NCBI GenBank assembly: GCA_039201605.1
Contig: JBCCRO010000004.1
Span: 53,327-117,326 of the forward strand
Source: Actinomycetota bacterium
GTDB taxonomy: Bacteria; Actinomycetota; Acidimicrobiia; Acidimicrobiales; SZUA-35
DNA: 64,000 bases
Direction of reading: 5' to 3'
The notes below the pieces were generated by a model that was not told where the DNA came from, did not search any database, and saw only the letters and a list, made by a program, of their open reading frames with translations. Made by a program: the position numbers and the translations under genes. Below are positions 1 to 8,628 of this stretch, piece after piece (positions within the stretch are counted from its first letter, which is position 1; every line of letters begins with the position of its first letter).

Positions 1-1030
1 CCCGCTGGACGTCGATACCCGACGACTCGGCCAGATCGCGGTTGTCGGCCACGGCCCGCATCGCCTTGCCCATCCGGGTGAACTGGAGGAGGCCGCCGAC
101 GATGATCAGAACGATGATCGAGATGATCATCGCCACCAGGTCCTTCGGGGTGATCTCGACCGGGCCGATGGAGATGGCCTGCTGGCCGGCGAAGTCCCGG
201 AAGAAGCGGGGGTTGCCGCCGAAGAAGTACAGGAACACGTAGCGCATCACGATCGACAGCCCGATCGTGATCACCATCTGGGCGATCAGGCTGACCCCCG
301 AGCGGCGCATGCCCCGGAAGATCCCTCGGTCCAGGGCGTAACCCATCAGGCCACCCATGACCATGCCGAGGAGGGCGGCGAAGATGAGGTTGACCCCGTC
401 TCCGAACGGGCCCGGCAGCGGGGCGAGGAAGCCGATGAGACCGGCCAGGCCGTAGTAGTTGAAGAAGAAGGTCATCAGCTGGCCCCAGGTGACTAGCTCG
501 GCGTGAGCGAAGTTCACCAGGCCGGTGGTGCCGAAGATCAGCGAAAGGCCGATGGCGGCCATGGCCAGGTACAGGCCCTGCTTGAGGCCCTCGACGGTGA
601 GCTGAGCCACCCGGCGCCCGGTGATGCCGCTCCCGTCGTCGGCATCGTCGCCGCCGGCGCCCGAGCTGAGGGCGAACAGCGTGGTCTTGGCCTGCCCCGC
701 CTCCACCAGCACCTCGAGCGACGCCCTATCGGCGTCGGCAAGCGAAACTCCCTCGGGCAGGGTCTCGGCGTCCAGGGTCACCGTGTAGGTCCCCGGCCCA
801 CTCACGGGAACCGACCAGTTCCCGTCGGCGTCGGTCGTCGATTCGCCCTCACCGTCAACGGTGAGGAGCACACCCTCCACCGGTACACGTTCTCCGGTGT
901 CGTCCTCGACTCGAAGACGGCCGCCGATCGACTCACCGTCTTCTTGAGCTCCGGCGCTGGAGGTGTATCCGAAAAAGGACGTTACGACGATTGCGACAGC
1001 ACAAACCACTCGCAACCAATGCCTCAACAC
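1..1030 (-). CDS. Branched-chain amino acid ABC transporter permease (LivH family). The 3' end is cut by the window edge. It has a signal peptide and a ~110-aa extracytoplasmic N-terminal extension.
   Basis: Hand translation of the minus strand from GTG at 1028-1030 gives VLRHWLRVVCAVAIVVTSFFGYTSSAGA, then GGRLRVEDDTGERVPVEGVLLTVDGEGESTTDADGNWSVPVSGPGTYTV. It continues into a LivH core: VAQLTVEGLKQGLYLAMAAIGLSLIFGTTGLVNFAHAE...GKAMRAVADNRDLAESSGIDVQR. The ORF is absent from the track because it has no stop codon inside the window. Confidence 0.8.
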   Translation of the reverse strand, partial: MLRHWLRVVCAVAIVVTSFFGYTSSAGAQEDGESIGGRLRVEDDTGERVPVEGVLLTVDGEGESTTDADGNWSVPVSGPGTYTVTLDAETLPEGVSLADADRASLEVLVEAGQAKTTLFALSSGAGGDDADDGSGITGRRVAQLTVEGLKQGLYLAMAAIGLSLIFGTTGLVNFAHAELVTWGQLMTFFFNYYGLAGLIGFLAPLPGPFGDGVNLIFAALLGMVMGGLMGYALDRGIFRGMRRSGVSLIAQMVITIGLSIVMRYVFLYFFGGNPRFFRDFAGQQAISIGPVEITPKDLVAMIISIIVLIIVGGLLQFTRMGKAMRAVADNRDLAESSGIDVQR

Positions 1031-1180
1031 GCTCTCCCAACGCTCTGCAGGCAACAACGTCTGGCGACCATAGCGGCTTGACCTACCGGTTACCAGAGAC
1101 GACCAACTCGTGTAACCCAATCCGAATCACCGCCGAACCGGGCCCGTCGGCCCAGCTCAGGGACGTCGATTCATCCGTGA

Positions 1181-2125
1181 TCAGAGGCGGCTGAGGCGGA
1201 CTTCGGTGACGGCGTGGTCGGCGCCCTTGCGCAGGATGAGGTCGGCCCGCTCCCGGGTGGGGAGGATGTTCTCGTAGAGGTTGCGCTCGTTGATGCGGGT
1301 CCAGATGTCGGTCGCCGTCTTCGTCGCCTCCTCGTCGTTGAGCTTGGCGTAGCGACTGAAATACGACTGCGGGTCGCGGAAGGCGGTCTCCCGGAGGGCG
1401 AAGAAGCGCTCGACGTACCAGTTGCGGATGTGGTTGACGTCGGCGTCGACGAAGATCGAGAAGTCGAAGAAATCCGACACGAACAGCGAGCTGTCCTCCT
1501 CGGCGGTACCGGTCTGGAGGACGTTGAGTCCCTCGACGATCACGATGTCGGGCCGGTTGACCACCAGCTGCTCACCGGGCAGCACGTCGTAGGTCAGGTG
1601 GGAGTACACCGGGGCTTCGACCTGCGGGGTGCCGGACTTGATCTCGGCCACGAACTCGAGCAGTCGGCGCCGGTCGTAGGACTCGGGGAAACCCTTGCGG
1701 TCCATCAGGTTGCGCTCCTCCAGCACCGCATTGGGGTGGAGGAAGCCGTCGGTGGTCACCAGGTCGACCTTGGGGTGATCGGGCCAGCGGGCCAGCAGGG
1801 TCTGCAGCACGCGGGCCGTCGTCGACTTGCCGACGGCCACCGAGCCCGCCACCCCGATGATGAACGGAACCTTCTCCGGCAGCTTGCCCAGGAACGTGTC
1901 GGTGGCCCGGTACAGCTCCTGGGCGGCGCCGACGTAGAGGTTGAGCAGGCGGGAGACGGGGAGGTAGACGTCGGTTACCTCGTCGAGGCTCAGCGCGTCG
2001 TTGAGGCCCCGGAGCCGGTCGACGTCCTCCTCGGTGAGGGTGAGCGGCGTCGCCGCCCGCAACATGGCCCACTGCTCGGCGTTGAACGACAGGTACCGCG
2101 AGGGCTGATGATGCAGAGGACTCAT
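1181..2125 (-). CDS. coaA: Type I pantothenate kinase
   Basis: The 314-aa ORF looks like CoaA along its whole length. It has the P-loop [14 protein letters not shown] and the motifs DGFLHPN, GFPESYD and [10 protein letters not shown]. Confidence 0.95.
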   Translation of the reverse strand: MSPLHHQPSRYLSFNAEQWAMLRAATPLTLTEEDVDRLRGLNDALSLDEVTDVYLPVSRLLNLYVGAAQELYRATDTFLGKLPEKVPFIIGVAGSVAVGKSTTARVLQTLLARWPDHPKVDLVTTDGFLHPNAVLEERNLMDRKGFPESYDRRRLLEFVAEIKSGTPQVEAPVYSHLTYDVLPGEQLVVNRPDIVIVEGLNVLQTGTAEEDSSLFVSDFFDFSIFVDADVNHIRNWYVERFFALRETAFRDPQSYFSRYAKLNDEEATKTATDIWTRINERNLYENILPTRERADLILRKGADHAVTEVRLSRL

Positions 2126-2228
2126 GGCGCAACCGGCTTCGTCGAGGGATGGGCGACTCGTCGTCCGGCCCTGATGGTGGCACCTCCCTCCATCTCGTGC
2201 GAGTCATGGCTCCGATTTCGTCGGTACC

Positions 2229-2732
2229 GTGCCTCGAATGGCATCGGGATCACGACGACGACAGGCGGCTCGAGTGGTGGTCCTCGACGGCGACGGACGG
2301 ATCCTGCTCATCAAGTCGAAGGATCCGGCCAACCCCGGTGGACCCGGGTGGTGGGAGATACCGGGCGGGGGGATGGATCCCGGCGAGACCTCGGCCGATA
2401 CCGCCGCCCGCGAGCTGTGGGAGGAGGCGGGCATCACCGAGGCCGAGGTGGGGCCCGTGGTGTGGACCCAGCAGGTGCAGTTCACGTTCGCCGGCCTCTA
2501 CTTCGACCAGGACGAGTACATCCACGTCGCCTGGACCGAGCAGACCGAGATCCGCCGCCCGGGTCACCTCGAGATGCTGGAGGCGATGGCCTTCGAGGGC
2601 GCCCGGTGGTGGACGCTCGACGAGGTGGTCACCGCTGAGACGGCGTTCCTGCCGCCCGGTCTCCCCCGGCTGCTCCCCGATCTGGTGGCCGGCGACCTGC
2701 CCGATCCCCCGCTCGACATCTCGCCGAGCTGA
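2229..2732 (+). CDS. NUDIX hydrolase
   Basis: Nudix box GGGMDPGETSADTAARELWEEAGI. The start is GTG at 2229, with ATG at 2238 as an alternative. Confidence 0.85.
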   Translation: MPRMASGSRRRQAARVVVLDGDGRILLIKSKDPANPGGPGWWEIPGGGMDPGETSADTAARELWEEAGITEAEVGPVVWTQQVQFTFAGLYFDQDEYIHVAWTEQTEIRRPGHLEMLEAMAFEGARWWTLDEVVTAETAFLPPGLPRLLPDLVAGDLPDPPLDISPS

Positions 2733-2813
2733 GCGGGTGCGTCCCAGCGCATCGCCTGCGCCGCCTCCGGCGAGATCCGAGGTCGGCGCTCGGGTGGGGC
2801 GAGGGCGGGACCG

Positions 2814-3350
2814 CTAGTAGTCGGAGTTGATGCCGAGGATCACGATCACCTTGGCGTCGGCCAGCTCCACCCCGGGGTCGCTGGGCATGGGCTCGATGGC
2901 CGTCGGGTCGAGCCCCAGTGTCTCGGCCACCAACACGGCGTCGGCGGCGAATCCGCTGATGTAGTAGACGATGCTGTCGTCCATCGTCGGCCCGTTCTTG
3001 GCGTCGAGCGTGTCGTAGCCCGCCTCGGCCAACACCGCCGTCCCCGCTCCGGCGACGCCGACCCGTCGGGCGCCGTTGGCCACCCGGACCTGCACCTCCT
3101 CCGGCGGGCGGGCGGCGACCACGGCGGTGGTGGTGGTCGATTCGTCGTCGGCCTCCTCCTCGGTGGTGTCGGTGACGGTGGCCTCCGACTCCAGCGTCGG
3201 CTCCTTCTCGGCCACGATCACGCCGTCGTCGAGGGTGTCGCCGAGGGTCCGGACTGCGGTGATGATGCCGAAACCGAGCAGCAGAAGCACGGCGGCGAGG
3301 AGGGCCGCATTGAGCAGGTCGTGTCGCTCAAGACGGTCGACGGCCATCAC
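2814..3350 (-). CDS. Membrane-anchored LytR C-terminal (LytR_C) domain protein
   Basis: It has an N-terminal TM helix (LLAAVLLLLGFGIITAV) and an acidic linker. The C-terminal domain VRVANGARRVGVAGAGTAVLAEAGYDT...AKVIVILGINSDY is typical of LytR_C. Confidence 0.7.
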   Translation of the reverse strand: MMAVDRLERHDLLNAALLAAVLLLLGFGIITAVRTLGDTLDDGVIVAEKEPTLESEATVTDTTEEEADDESTTTTAVVAARPPEEVQVRVANGARRVGVAGAGTAVLAEAGYDTLDAKNGPTMDDSIVYYISGFAADAVLVAETLGLDPTAIEPMPSDPGVELADAKVIVILGINSDY

Positions 3351-3483
3351 CTTTTGCCCGGAACCAGACGCACGGCTACGAGGCTAGGCCAACCAGGGTC
3401 CAGGTTGGTGGCAATGGCGGCCACCCCCGTAACATCGCCTGCGTCGGAGGCGCCGTCGCCCTCGACCCCAGGGGGATAGCGCC

Positions 3484-4815
3484 ATGGACTTCGCCATACC
3501 GGCCGACATTCAGCAACTGCTCGACGAACTCGACCGGTTCATCGAGGACGAGATCAAGCCGCTGGAGCGGGAGAACGACAACATCCGCTTCTTCGACCAC
3601 CGTCGGGAGGACAGTCGTACCGACTGGGACCGCAACGGTTGGCCCAACGCGGAGTGGGAGGCCCTGCTGCGGGAGATGCGCCGCCGGGCCGATGCCGCCG
3701 GCTACCTCAAGTACCACCTGCCCAAGCGCTTCGGCGGCCAGGACGGGTCGAACCTGGCGATGGCCATCATCCGGGAGCATTTGGCGGCCAAGGGGCTCGG
3801 ACTCCACAACGACCTGCAGAACGAGAGCTCGATCGTCGGCAACTTCCCGACCGTGCTCATGATGGAGACCTACGGTTCGCCGGCTCAGCAGGAGTACTGG
3901 ATCCCCAGGATCCTGGCCGGTGAGGCCCGCATCGGCTTCGGCCTGACCGAGCCGATGGCCGGCACCGACGCCACCCGGATGGAGACCAACGCCTACCGCG
4001 ACGGTGACGAGTGGGTGATCAACGGGGCCAAGCGGTGGAACACCGGCATGCACGCCGCCACCCACGACTACATCTTCGCCCGCACCTCGGGGAAGCCCGG
4101 CGAGGCCACCGGCATCACCACGTTCATCGTCCCGGTCGACACCCCCGGTTTCACCGTCGAGTTCATGTGGTGGACCTACAACATGCCCTCCGACCACGCC
4201 GAGGTGACCCTGGACGACGTCCGGGTGTCCGACAGCGACATTCTCGGGGCCGAGGGACGGGGGCTGGAGACGGCGCAGCTCTTCGTCCACGAGAACCGGA
4301 TCCGCCAGGCCGCCTCCAGTCTCGGAGCCGCTCAGTACTGCATCAACGAGGCGGTCAAGTACGCCCGGGAGCGCATGATCCACGACCGGCCCCTGGCTGT
4401 GAACCAGGCCATCCAGTGGCCCCTGATCGAGATGCACACCGAGGCCGCCATGCTGCGGGAGCTGATCCGCAAGACGGCGTGGCAGCTCGACCAGGTGGAG
4501 CACGGCACCGAGATCTCCGACAAGGTGGCCATGTGCAACTATCGGGCCAACCGTCTGGTGGGCGAGGCCGCCGATCGGGCCATCCAGGTCCACGGCGGCA
4601 TCGGCTACAGCCGTCACATGCCCTTCGAGCACATCTTCCGCCACCATCGCCGCTACCGGATCACCGAGGGAGCCGAGGAGATGCAGATGCGGCGGGTGGG
4701 CCAGCACCTGTTCGGTTTCGGCCGGGCCGAGAACCCGATGTTCGACACCCCGAGCTTCGCCAGCCGGTTCAACAAGGTGCAGCGAGGCGCGCCCGCCTCC
4801 TGGCTCGACGACTGA
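3484..4815 (+). CDS. Acyl-CoA dehydrogenase family protein
   Basis: The 443-aa ORF has ACAD hallmarks: GLTEPMAGTDATRMET, WVINGAKRW, QVHGGIGYS and ITEGAEEMQ. Confidence 0.9.
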   Translation: MDFAIPADIQQLLDELDRFIEDEIKPLERENDNIRFFDHRREDSRTDWDRNGWPNAEWEALLREMRRRADAAGYLKYHLPKRFGGQDGSNLAMAIIREHLAAKGLGLHNDLQNESSIVGNFPTVLMMETYGSPAQQEYWIPRILAGEARIGFGLTEPMAGTDATRMETNAYRDGDEWVINGAKRWNTGMHAATHDYIFARTSGKPGEATGITTFIVPVDTPGFTVEFMWWTYNMPSDHAEVTLDDVRVSDSDILGAEGRGLETAQLFVHENRIRQAASSLGAAQYCINEAVKYARERMIHDRPLAVNQAIQWPLIEMHTEAAMLRELIRKTAWQLDQVEHGTEISDKVAMCNYRANRLVGEAADRAIQVHGGIGYSRHMPFEHIFRHHRRYRITEGAEEMQMRRVGQHLFGFGRAENPMFDTPSFASRFNKVQRGAPASWLDD

Positions 4816-4856
4816 CGGCGCCGCCCCGAGGTCGGCGGCCTTCGGGAGGTCGAGGC

Positions 4857-5630
4857 TCAGGGAGCCAGGAGTCGGGCCCGGGTGAGGAAACCGGTGTGGG
4901 CCACCATCCGGTGGTCGGGGCGGACGGCCTGACCGTCGACGTGCCACCCCCGGTTCAGGACCTCGACGGTGGAGATCTCGCTGAACGGGGCCCGCTTGAG
5001 TGCGTCGGTGAACTTCGTGACCTGCATGATCGACGGGCTGTAGGACACGATGATCCCGCCCGGTCGTAGCGCCTTCTCGGCGTGGGGCACGACCTGCCAC
5101 GGCTCGGGCAGGTCGAGCATCACCCGATCGACGTCGGTCTCGTCGATGCCCTCGTAGCAGTTGCGGATCTCGACGTGGTAGCGATCGAGGGTGTCCCGGC
5201 CGAGGAAGGCGGCCACGTTGTTCCGGGCCCGGGCGGCGAAGTCCTCCCGGAGTTCGTAGCCGGTGACGTCGGCCCCGGCCCGGAGCATCGTCATCGACAG
5301 GGCGCCCGAACCGACACCCGATTCCAGCACCCGCATGCCGGGGCCGATGTCGCCCAACAGCAGCATCGGGCCGAGGTCCTTCGGGTAGATGACCTGCGCC
5401 CCCCGAGGCATCGAGAGGACGAAATCGGTGAGCGTCGGGCGGAACACGCGGAACCGCTGGCCCTTGGTCGTCGCCACCTCGTCGCCCTCGACCACGCCGG
5501 CGATCTCCTCGTGGGGCAGGACCCCGGCGTGGGACTGGAACTCCTTGCCTTCGGTCAGGGTGACCAGGTAGCGGCGACCCTTGTGGTCGATCAGGAGGAC
5601 CATGTCCCCCATCGTCAGCTGGGCGCTCAC
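4857..5630 (-). CDS. trmI: tRNA (adenine58-N1)-methyltransferase TrmI
   Basis: MGDMVLLIDHKGRRYLVTL...QVIYPKDLGPMLLLGDIGPGMRVLESGVGSGALSMTM...DRVMLDLPEPW matches the GCD14/TrmI family. I moved the start to GTG at 5630, which forms a GTGA overlap with the ttuA stop. ATG at 5612 is an alternative. The 467-aa track ORF has a spurious Arg/Pro-rich N-terminal extension. Confidence 0.9.
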   Translation of the reverse strand: MSAQLTMGDMVLLIDHKGRRYLVTLTEGKEFQSHAGVLPHEEIAGVVEGDEVATTKGQRFRVFRPTLTDFVLSMPRGAQVIYPKDLGPMLLLGDIGPGMRVLESGVGSGALSMTMLRAGADVTGYELREDFAARARNNVAAFLGRDTLDRYHVEIRNCYEGIDETDVDRVMLDLPEPWQVVPHAEKALRPGGIIVSYSPSIMQVTKFTDALKRAPFSEISTVEVLNRGWHVDGQAVRPDHRMVAHTGFLTRARLLAP

Positions 5631-6646
5631 TTGACTCTCCTCACCAGTTCGACGGGCACCGGTTCCCGGCCGGCCACCTGCTCGGTCAGTCGGCAGAAGG
5701 CGCACACCTCGCCACCGGCCGGGCCTCCGCAGCGGGCGCAGGTCCCGAGTCCGGGGGCGCCGGCGGTCTCGTCGGCGGCATCGCCGGTGACCGCACCGGC
5801 ATCCGGAGCGGCCTGGGCGGCGGTGCCGGCCGCTCCGGCGTCGCCGACCGGCTCGGCGAAGCGGTCGACGGCGCGGCGCAGGAAGCTGAAGTAGAAGTCG
5901 GCCTTCGTCCCGGGCGAGCGGAGCTCGATGTCGTTGAGAGCCTCCTTGTAGTGGAGGTGCTTGTTGCCCGCCGCCATCGGGCACTCCTCGACCATGTAGT
6001 CGATCCCCCGCAGCACGCAGTAGGCGGCGGTCTCCCGTTCGGTCAGGCGGACGAGGGGCTTGATCTTGCGGGGGAAGCCGTTGCCGGCGGGTAGCACCGG
6101 GCGCTGTCGACCCAGATAGTCGTTCTGCCACCGCAGCACGTTGCCGAACAGCACCGCCGCCTCGTCGTCGAGGTTGTGGCCGGTCACCACGGCGTCGTAA
6201 CCGCCGTCGAGGGCTGCGCTGTCGAACAGGTGCCGCTTCGACAGCCCACACGACGAGCACGGCACCCGACGGGTGACGGCGGCGGCGGTCGGGATGTCGT
6301 AGTCGTAGCGGTCCCGTAGATCGATCTCGATCAGCTTGAGACCTCGGCCGGCGGCGAACTCACGGGTGTAGCGGCCCGAGGTGTCGGAGTACTCGCCGAT
6401 GCCGAGCCCGATGTAGAGGCCGTCGGCCTCGTAGCCCAGCTCGCCCAACAGGTCCCACACCGCCAGGCTGTCCTTGCCCCCCGACACCGCCACCAGGGGT
6501 TTCTCCCCCGGAGTCAGCATGTCGAAGTCCTTGATGGCCCGCTCCACCTGCTGACGGCAGTAGCGCAGGAAGTGCTCCACGCAGAAGTTGGCGTTGTGGC
6601 GGGCCACGTCGATCACGGCCGGGCCGCGGCACACCCGGCACTTCAC
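5627..6646 (-). CDS. ttuA: TtuA-like tRNA 2-thiolation PP-loop ATPase (TtuA/Ncs6 family)
   Basis: It has an N-terminal zinc-finger-like CRVC...CVEH, the PP-loop SGGKDS, CSSCG plus TGHNLDDEAA, and a C-terminal CARCGG...CAFC. A ThiS-like gene lies immediately upstream with a GTGA overlap. Confidence 0.8.
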   Translation of the reverse strand: MKCRVCRGPAVIDVARHNANFCVEHFLRYCRQQVERAIKDFDMLTPGEKPLVAVSGGKDSLAVWDLLGELGYEADGLYIGLGIGEYSDTSGRYTREFAAGRGLKLIEIDLRDRYDYDIPTAAAVTRRVPCSSCGLSKRHLFDSAALDGGYDAVVTGHNLDDEAAVLFGNVLRWQNDYLGRQRPVLPAGNGFPRKIKPLVRLTERETAAYCVLRGIDYMVEECPMAAGNKHLHYKEALNDIELRSPGTKADFYFSFLRRAVDRFAEPVGDAGAAGTAAQAAPDAGAVTGDAADETAGAPGLGTCARCGGPAGGEVCAFCRLTEQVAGREPVPVELVRRVK

Positions 6647-6843
6647 CCCTGGCCTCCGCTGATGACGGGCCTGATCTCGACGACGGCGTCGTCCTCCAGA
6701 CGGGCGTCACCCGGCACCAGCTCCGAGTTGCGGATGACCAGGACCGCCTCGCGGTTCAGGTCGAGCTGCTGCAACAGCTTGACCACGGAGATCGGACCGG
6801 CGATCTCCACCTCACGCGTCGGGTTTCGAAGCAGCACCTTCAC
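6643..6843 (-). CDS. ttuB: ThiS/MoaD-family ubiquitin-like sulfur carrier (TtuB-like). The C-terminus is ...VISGGQG.
   Basis: The 66-aa ORF has a beta-grasp pattern (MKVLLRNPTREVEI...VVEIRPVISGGQG). Its stop overlaps the ttuA start in a GTGA. Confidence 0.7.
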   Translation of the reverse strand: MKVLLRNPTREVEIAGPISVVKLLQQLDLNREAVLVIRNSELVPGDARLEDDAVVEIRPVISGGQG

Positions 6844-6893
6844 CCCTCCAGCATGCCGCGATCGAGCCGGGAACCCGGCTCCCGCTCGCCGGG

Positions 6894-7307
6894 TCAGTCG
6901 GTGGTGCCGGCGGCGGCCGCCTTGGCCGCTCGACGCTCGGCCCGCTCGGCCCGACGTCGACGCCGCCGGTCCTTGCGCTCGTGGCGGCGGACCTTACGGT
7001 CGGCCCTGGCCGTTTGGCGCTCGTCGCGCCGTTCCCCCCGGCGCACCTTCTTCGCCGCCCGTCGCTCCCGCTTGGCCGCCTTCGCAGCCCGCTTCTCGCC
7101 CTTGATCTGCTGGGCGTGGCTCTCGGGGACGTGCTCGATCACGATCTTCTTACCGGTGCCGACCGGCCCGACGTCGATGATCTGGCGTCGGCCCGTGCCC
7201 CGCCGGGCCAGCCGGTAGCCGGCCAGGGCGAGGCTGGTGAAGACCCAGTTGCGGGACGGCCCGCCGAGGTAGCGAGGTACGCCCCAGCGGATGAGGCGCT
7301 CGATCAC
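6894..7307 (-). CDS. Hypothetical protein with an extremely Arg/Lys-rich C-terminal tail
   Basis: The 137-aa ORF starts at a GTG in a GTGA overlap with the upstream gene. The tail reads KRAAKAAKRERRAAKKVRRGERRDERQTARADRKVRRHERKDRRRRRRAERAERRAAKAA. Confidence 0.55.
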   Translation of the reverse strand: MIERLIRWGVPRYLGGPSRNWVFTSLALAGYRLARRGTGRRQIIDVGPVGTGKKIVIEHVPESHAQQIKGEKRAAKAAKRERRAAKKVRRGERRDERQTARADRKVRRHERKDRRRRRRAERAERRAAKAAAAGTTD

Positions 7308-7513
7308 AGTCGGCGGATCTCCAGGACCGTGCTCTTGCGGTTGCCGGCCCGGCGGCCCAGGAAGTAGACGATGAGGAACAGCAGCACGGCGCCGACGGCA
7401 CCGGCCACCACGGCCTTCTTCTTGCCGTCCTCGGCCACGACATCGATCTGGCCCTGGATGTCGCGGAACTTGGCCTCGATGTCGGCGGGCGTGATGTTGG
7501 ATGCTTCAGTCAT
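7304..7513 (-). CDS. Small single-pass membrane protein
   Basis: The 69-aa ORF has one TM helix (AVVAGAVGAVLLFLIVYFLG). It is operonic with both flanking small genes. Confidence 0.55.
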   Translation of the reverse strand: MTEASNITPADIEAKFRDIQGQIDVVAEDGKKKAVVAGAVGAVLLFLIVYFLGRRAGNRKSTVLEIRRL

Positions 7514-7523
7514 AACGCTTCCT

Positions 7524-7838
7524 TCAGCGGACCTTCTTACGGGCTCGGCTCATGGCCGAATAGATCAGGACGAGGATGAGCAGGAGCGCGGCCATGGCGA
7601 TGACGTAGGGCAGGGACGACGCCCACGACGATCCGCTGAACACCTCGAGGCTCTGCATCAGGCGCAGGAGACCGAGACCGAAGAAGAAGGCTCCGAGGAA
7701 GACGAACAGCGAGCCGGCGATACCGAATCCGAGGTAGCGGCCAAGGCTCTTGAGCGGTTCGACCGTCTCCTGCTTGGCATAGCCCACCACCATCTGCTGG
7801 ATTTCCTGTGCGCCCTCCAGAGGGTTGGGACTCGTCAC
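7524..7838 (-). CDS. Small two-TM membrane protein (actinobacterial holin-X / phage holin superfamily III-like)
   Basis: The 104-aa ORF has two hydrophobic helices (YLGFGIAGSLFVFLGAFFFGLGLL and LPYVIAMAALLLILVLIY). The family name rests on pattern only. Confidence 0.5.
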   Translation of the reverse strand: MTSPNPLEGAQEIQQMVVGYAKQETVEPLKSLGRYLGFGIAGSLFVFLGAFFFGLGLLRLMQSLEVFSGSSWASSLPYVIAMAALLLILVLIYSAMSRARKKVR

Positions 7839-7921
7839 CTGGCCTCCTCGTCTCGATGCTGTATCGGAGTGTATGAGGGGCGATGGTGCTCCGAGGCACC
7901 ACAGGCGGGGAACTTGCGTCC

Positions 7922-8536
7922 TCAGCTGTCGGTGAGGCGGGCCTCGATCAACTCGACGGAGTCGTCGATCATCACGTCGAGGAGACGCAGGCGCTCCGCC
8001 GGACCGGGAGCGCCGAGGAGTCGCTGCTTGTCGAGCGCGGTCACGGGGGCCAGCGCTGACATCTGCATGCAGCCGAGCTCGATGTCGTCGACCTTGGGCG
8101 GCAGGGGCCCGACGTCGACGCCGGACTCGGCGGCCAGGGCCAGGCAGCGGCGGAACTTGGCCGACACCGCCTCATAGCGATCCTGCAGGTCGTCGTCGGT
8201 GGCCTCGTCGGGCCACAGGTCCACCTCGGCCCGGGGGAATGGATCGTCGGAGAGCCACTCCGAGACCCGGAAGCGCTCGACCCCCATCGTGATCAGGGCC
8301 CAGCGCCCGTCGCTGAACTGTTCGGCCTCCAACACCTGGGCGGTGCAGCCGAAATCGGTGCGGACGTCGCCGCCCCCGGTGTCGGCCCCCCGCTCGATGA
8401 GGACGACGCCGAAGGTGCCGTCGCCGTCGAGGACCTCGGTCACCATCGTCCGGTACCGCGGCTCGAAAACATGGAGCGGTAGCACCATGGTGGGGAACAG
8501 CACGGTGCCGAGCGGAAACTGGGGCATGACGGCCAT
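7922..8536 (-). CDS. LON substrate-binding (Lon N-terminal) domain protein
   Basis: The sequence MPQFPLGTVLFPTMVLPLHVFEPRYRTMV...FGVVLIERG matches the typical stand-alone LON N-domain protein. Confidence 0.85.
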   Translation of the reverse strand: MAVMPQFPLGTVLFPTMVLPLHVFEPRYRTMVTEVLDGDGTFGVVLIERGADTGGGDVRTDFGCTAQVLEAEQFSDGRWALITMGVERFRVSEWLSDDPFPRAEVDLWPDEATDDDLQDRYEAVSAKFRRCLALAAESGVDVGPLPPKVDDIELGCMQMSALAPVTALDKQRLLGAPGPAERLRLLDVMIDDSVELIEARLTDS

Positions 8537-8628
8537 GAACGGACAACGCTAGCGACCGCGGACACCGGAGGAGGGATCAAGGCCGGGATGCGTCACCGCA
8601 TCGCCCCCTCCACCCCGGCCCTCCGCGG

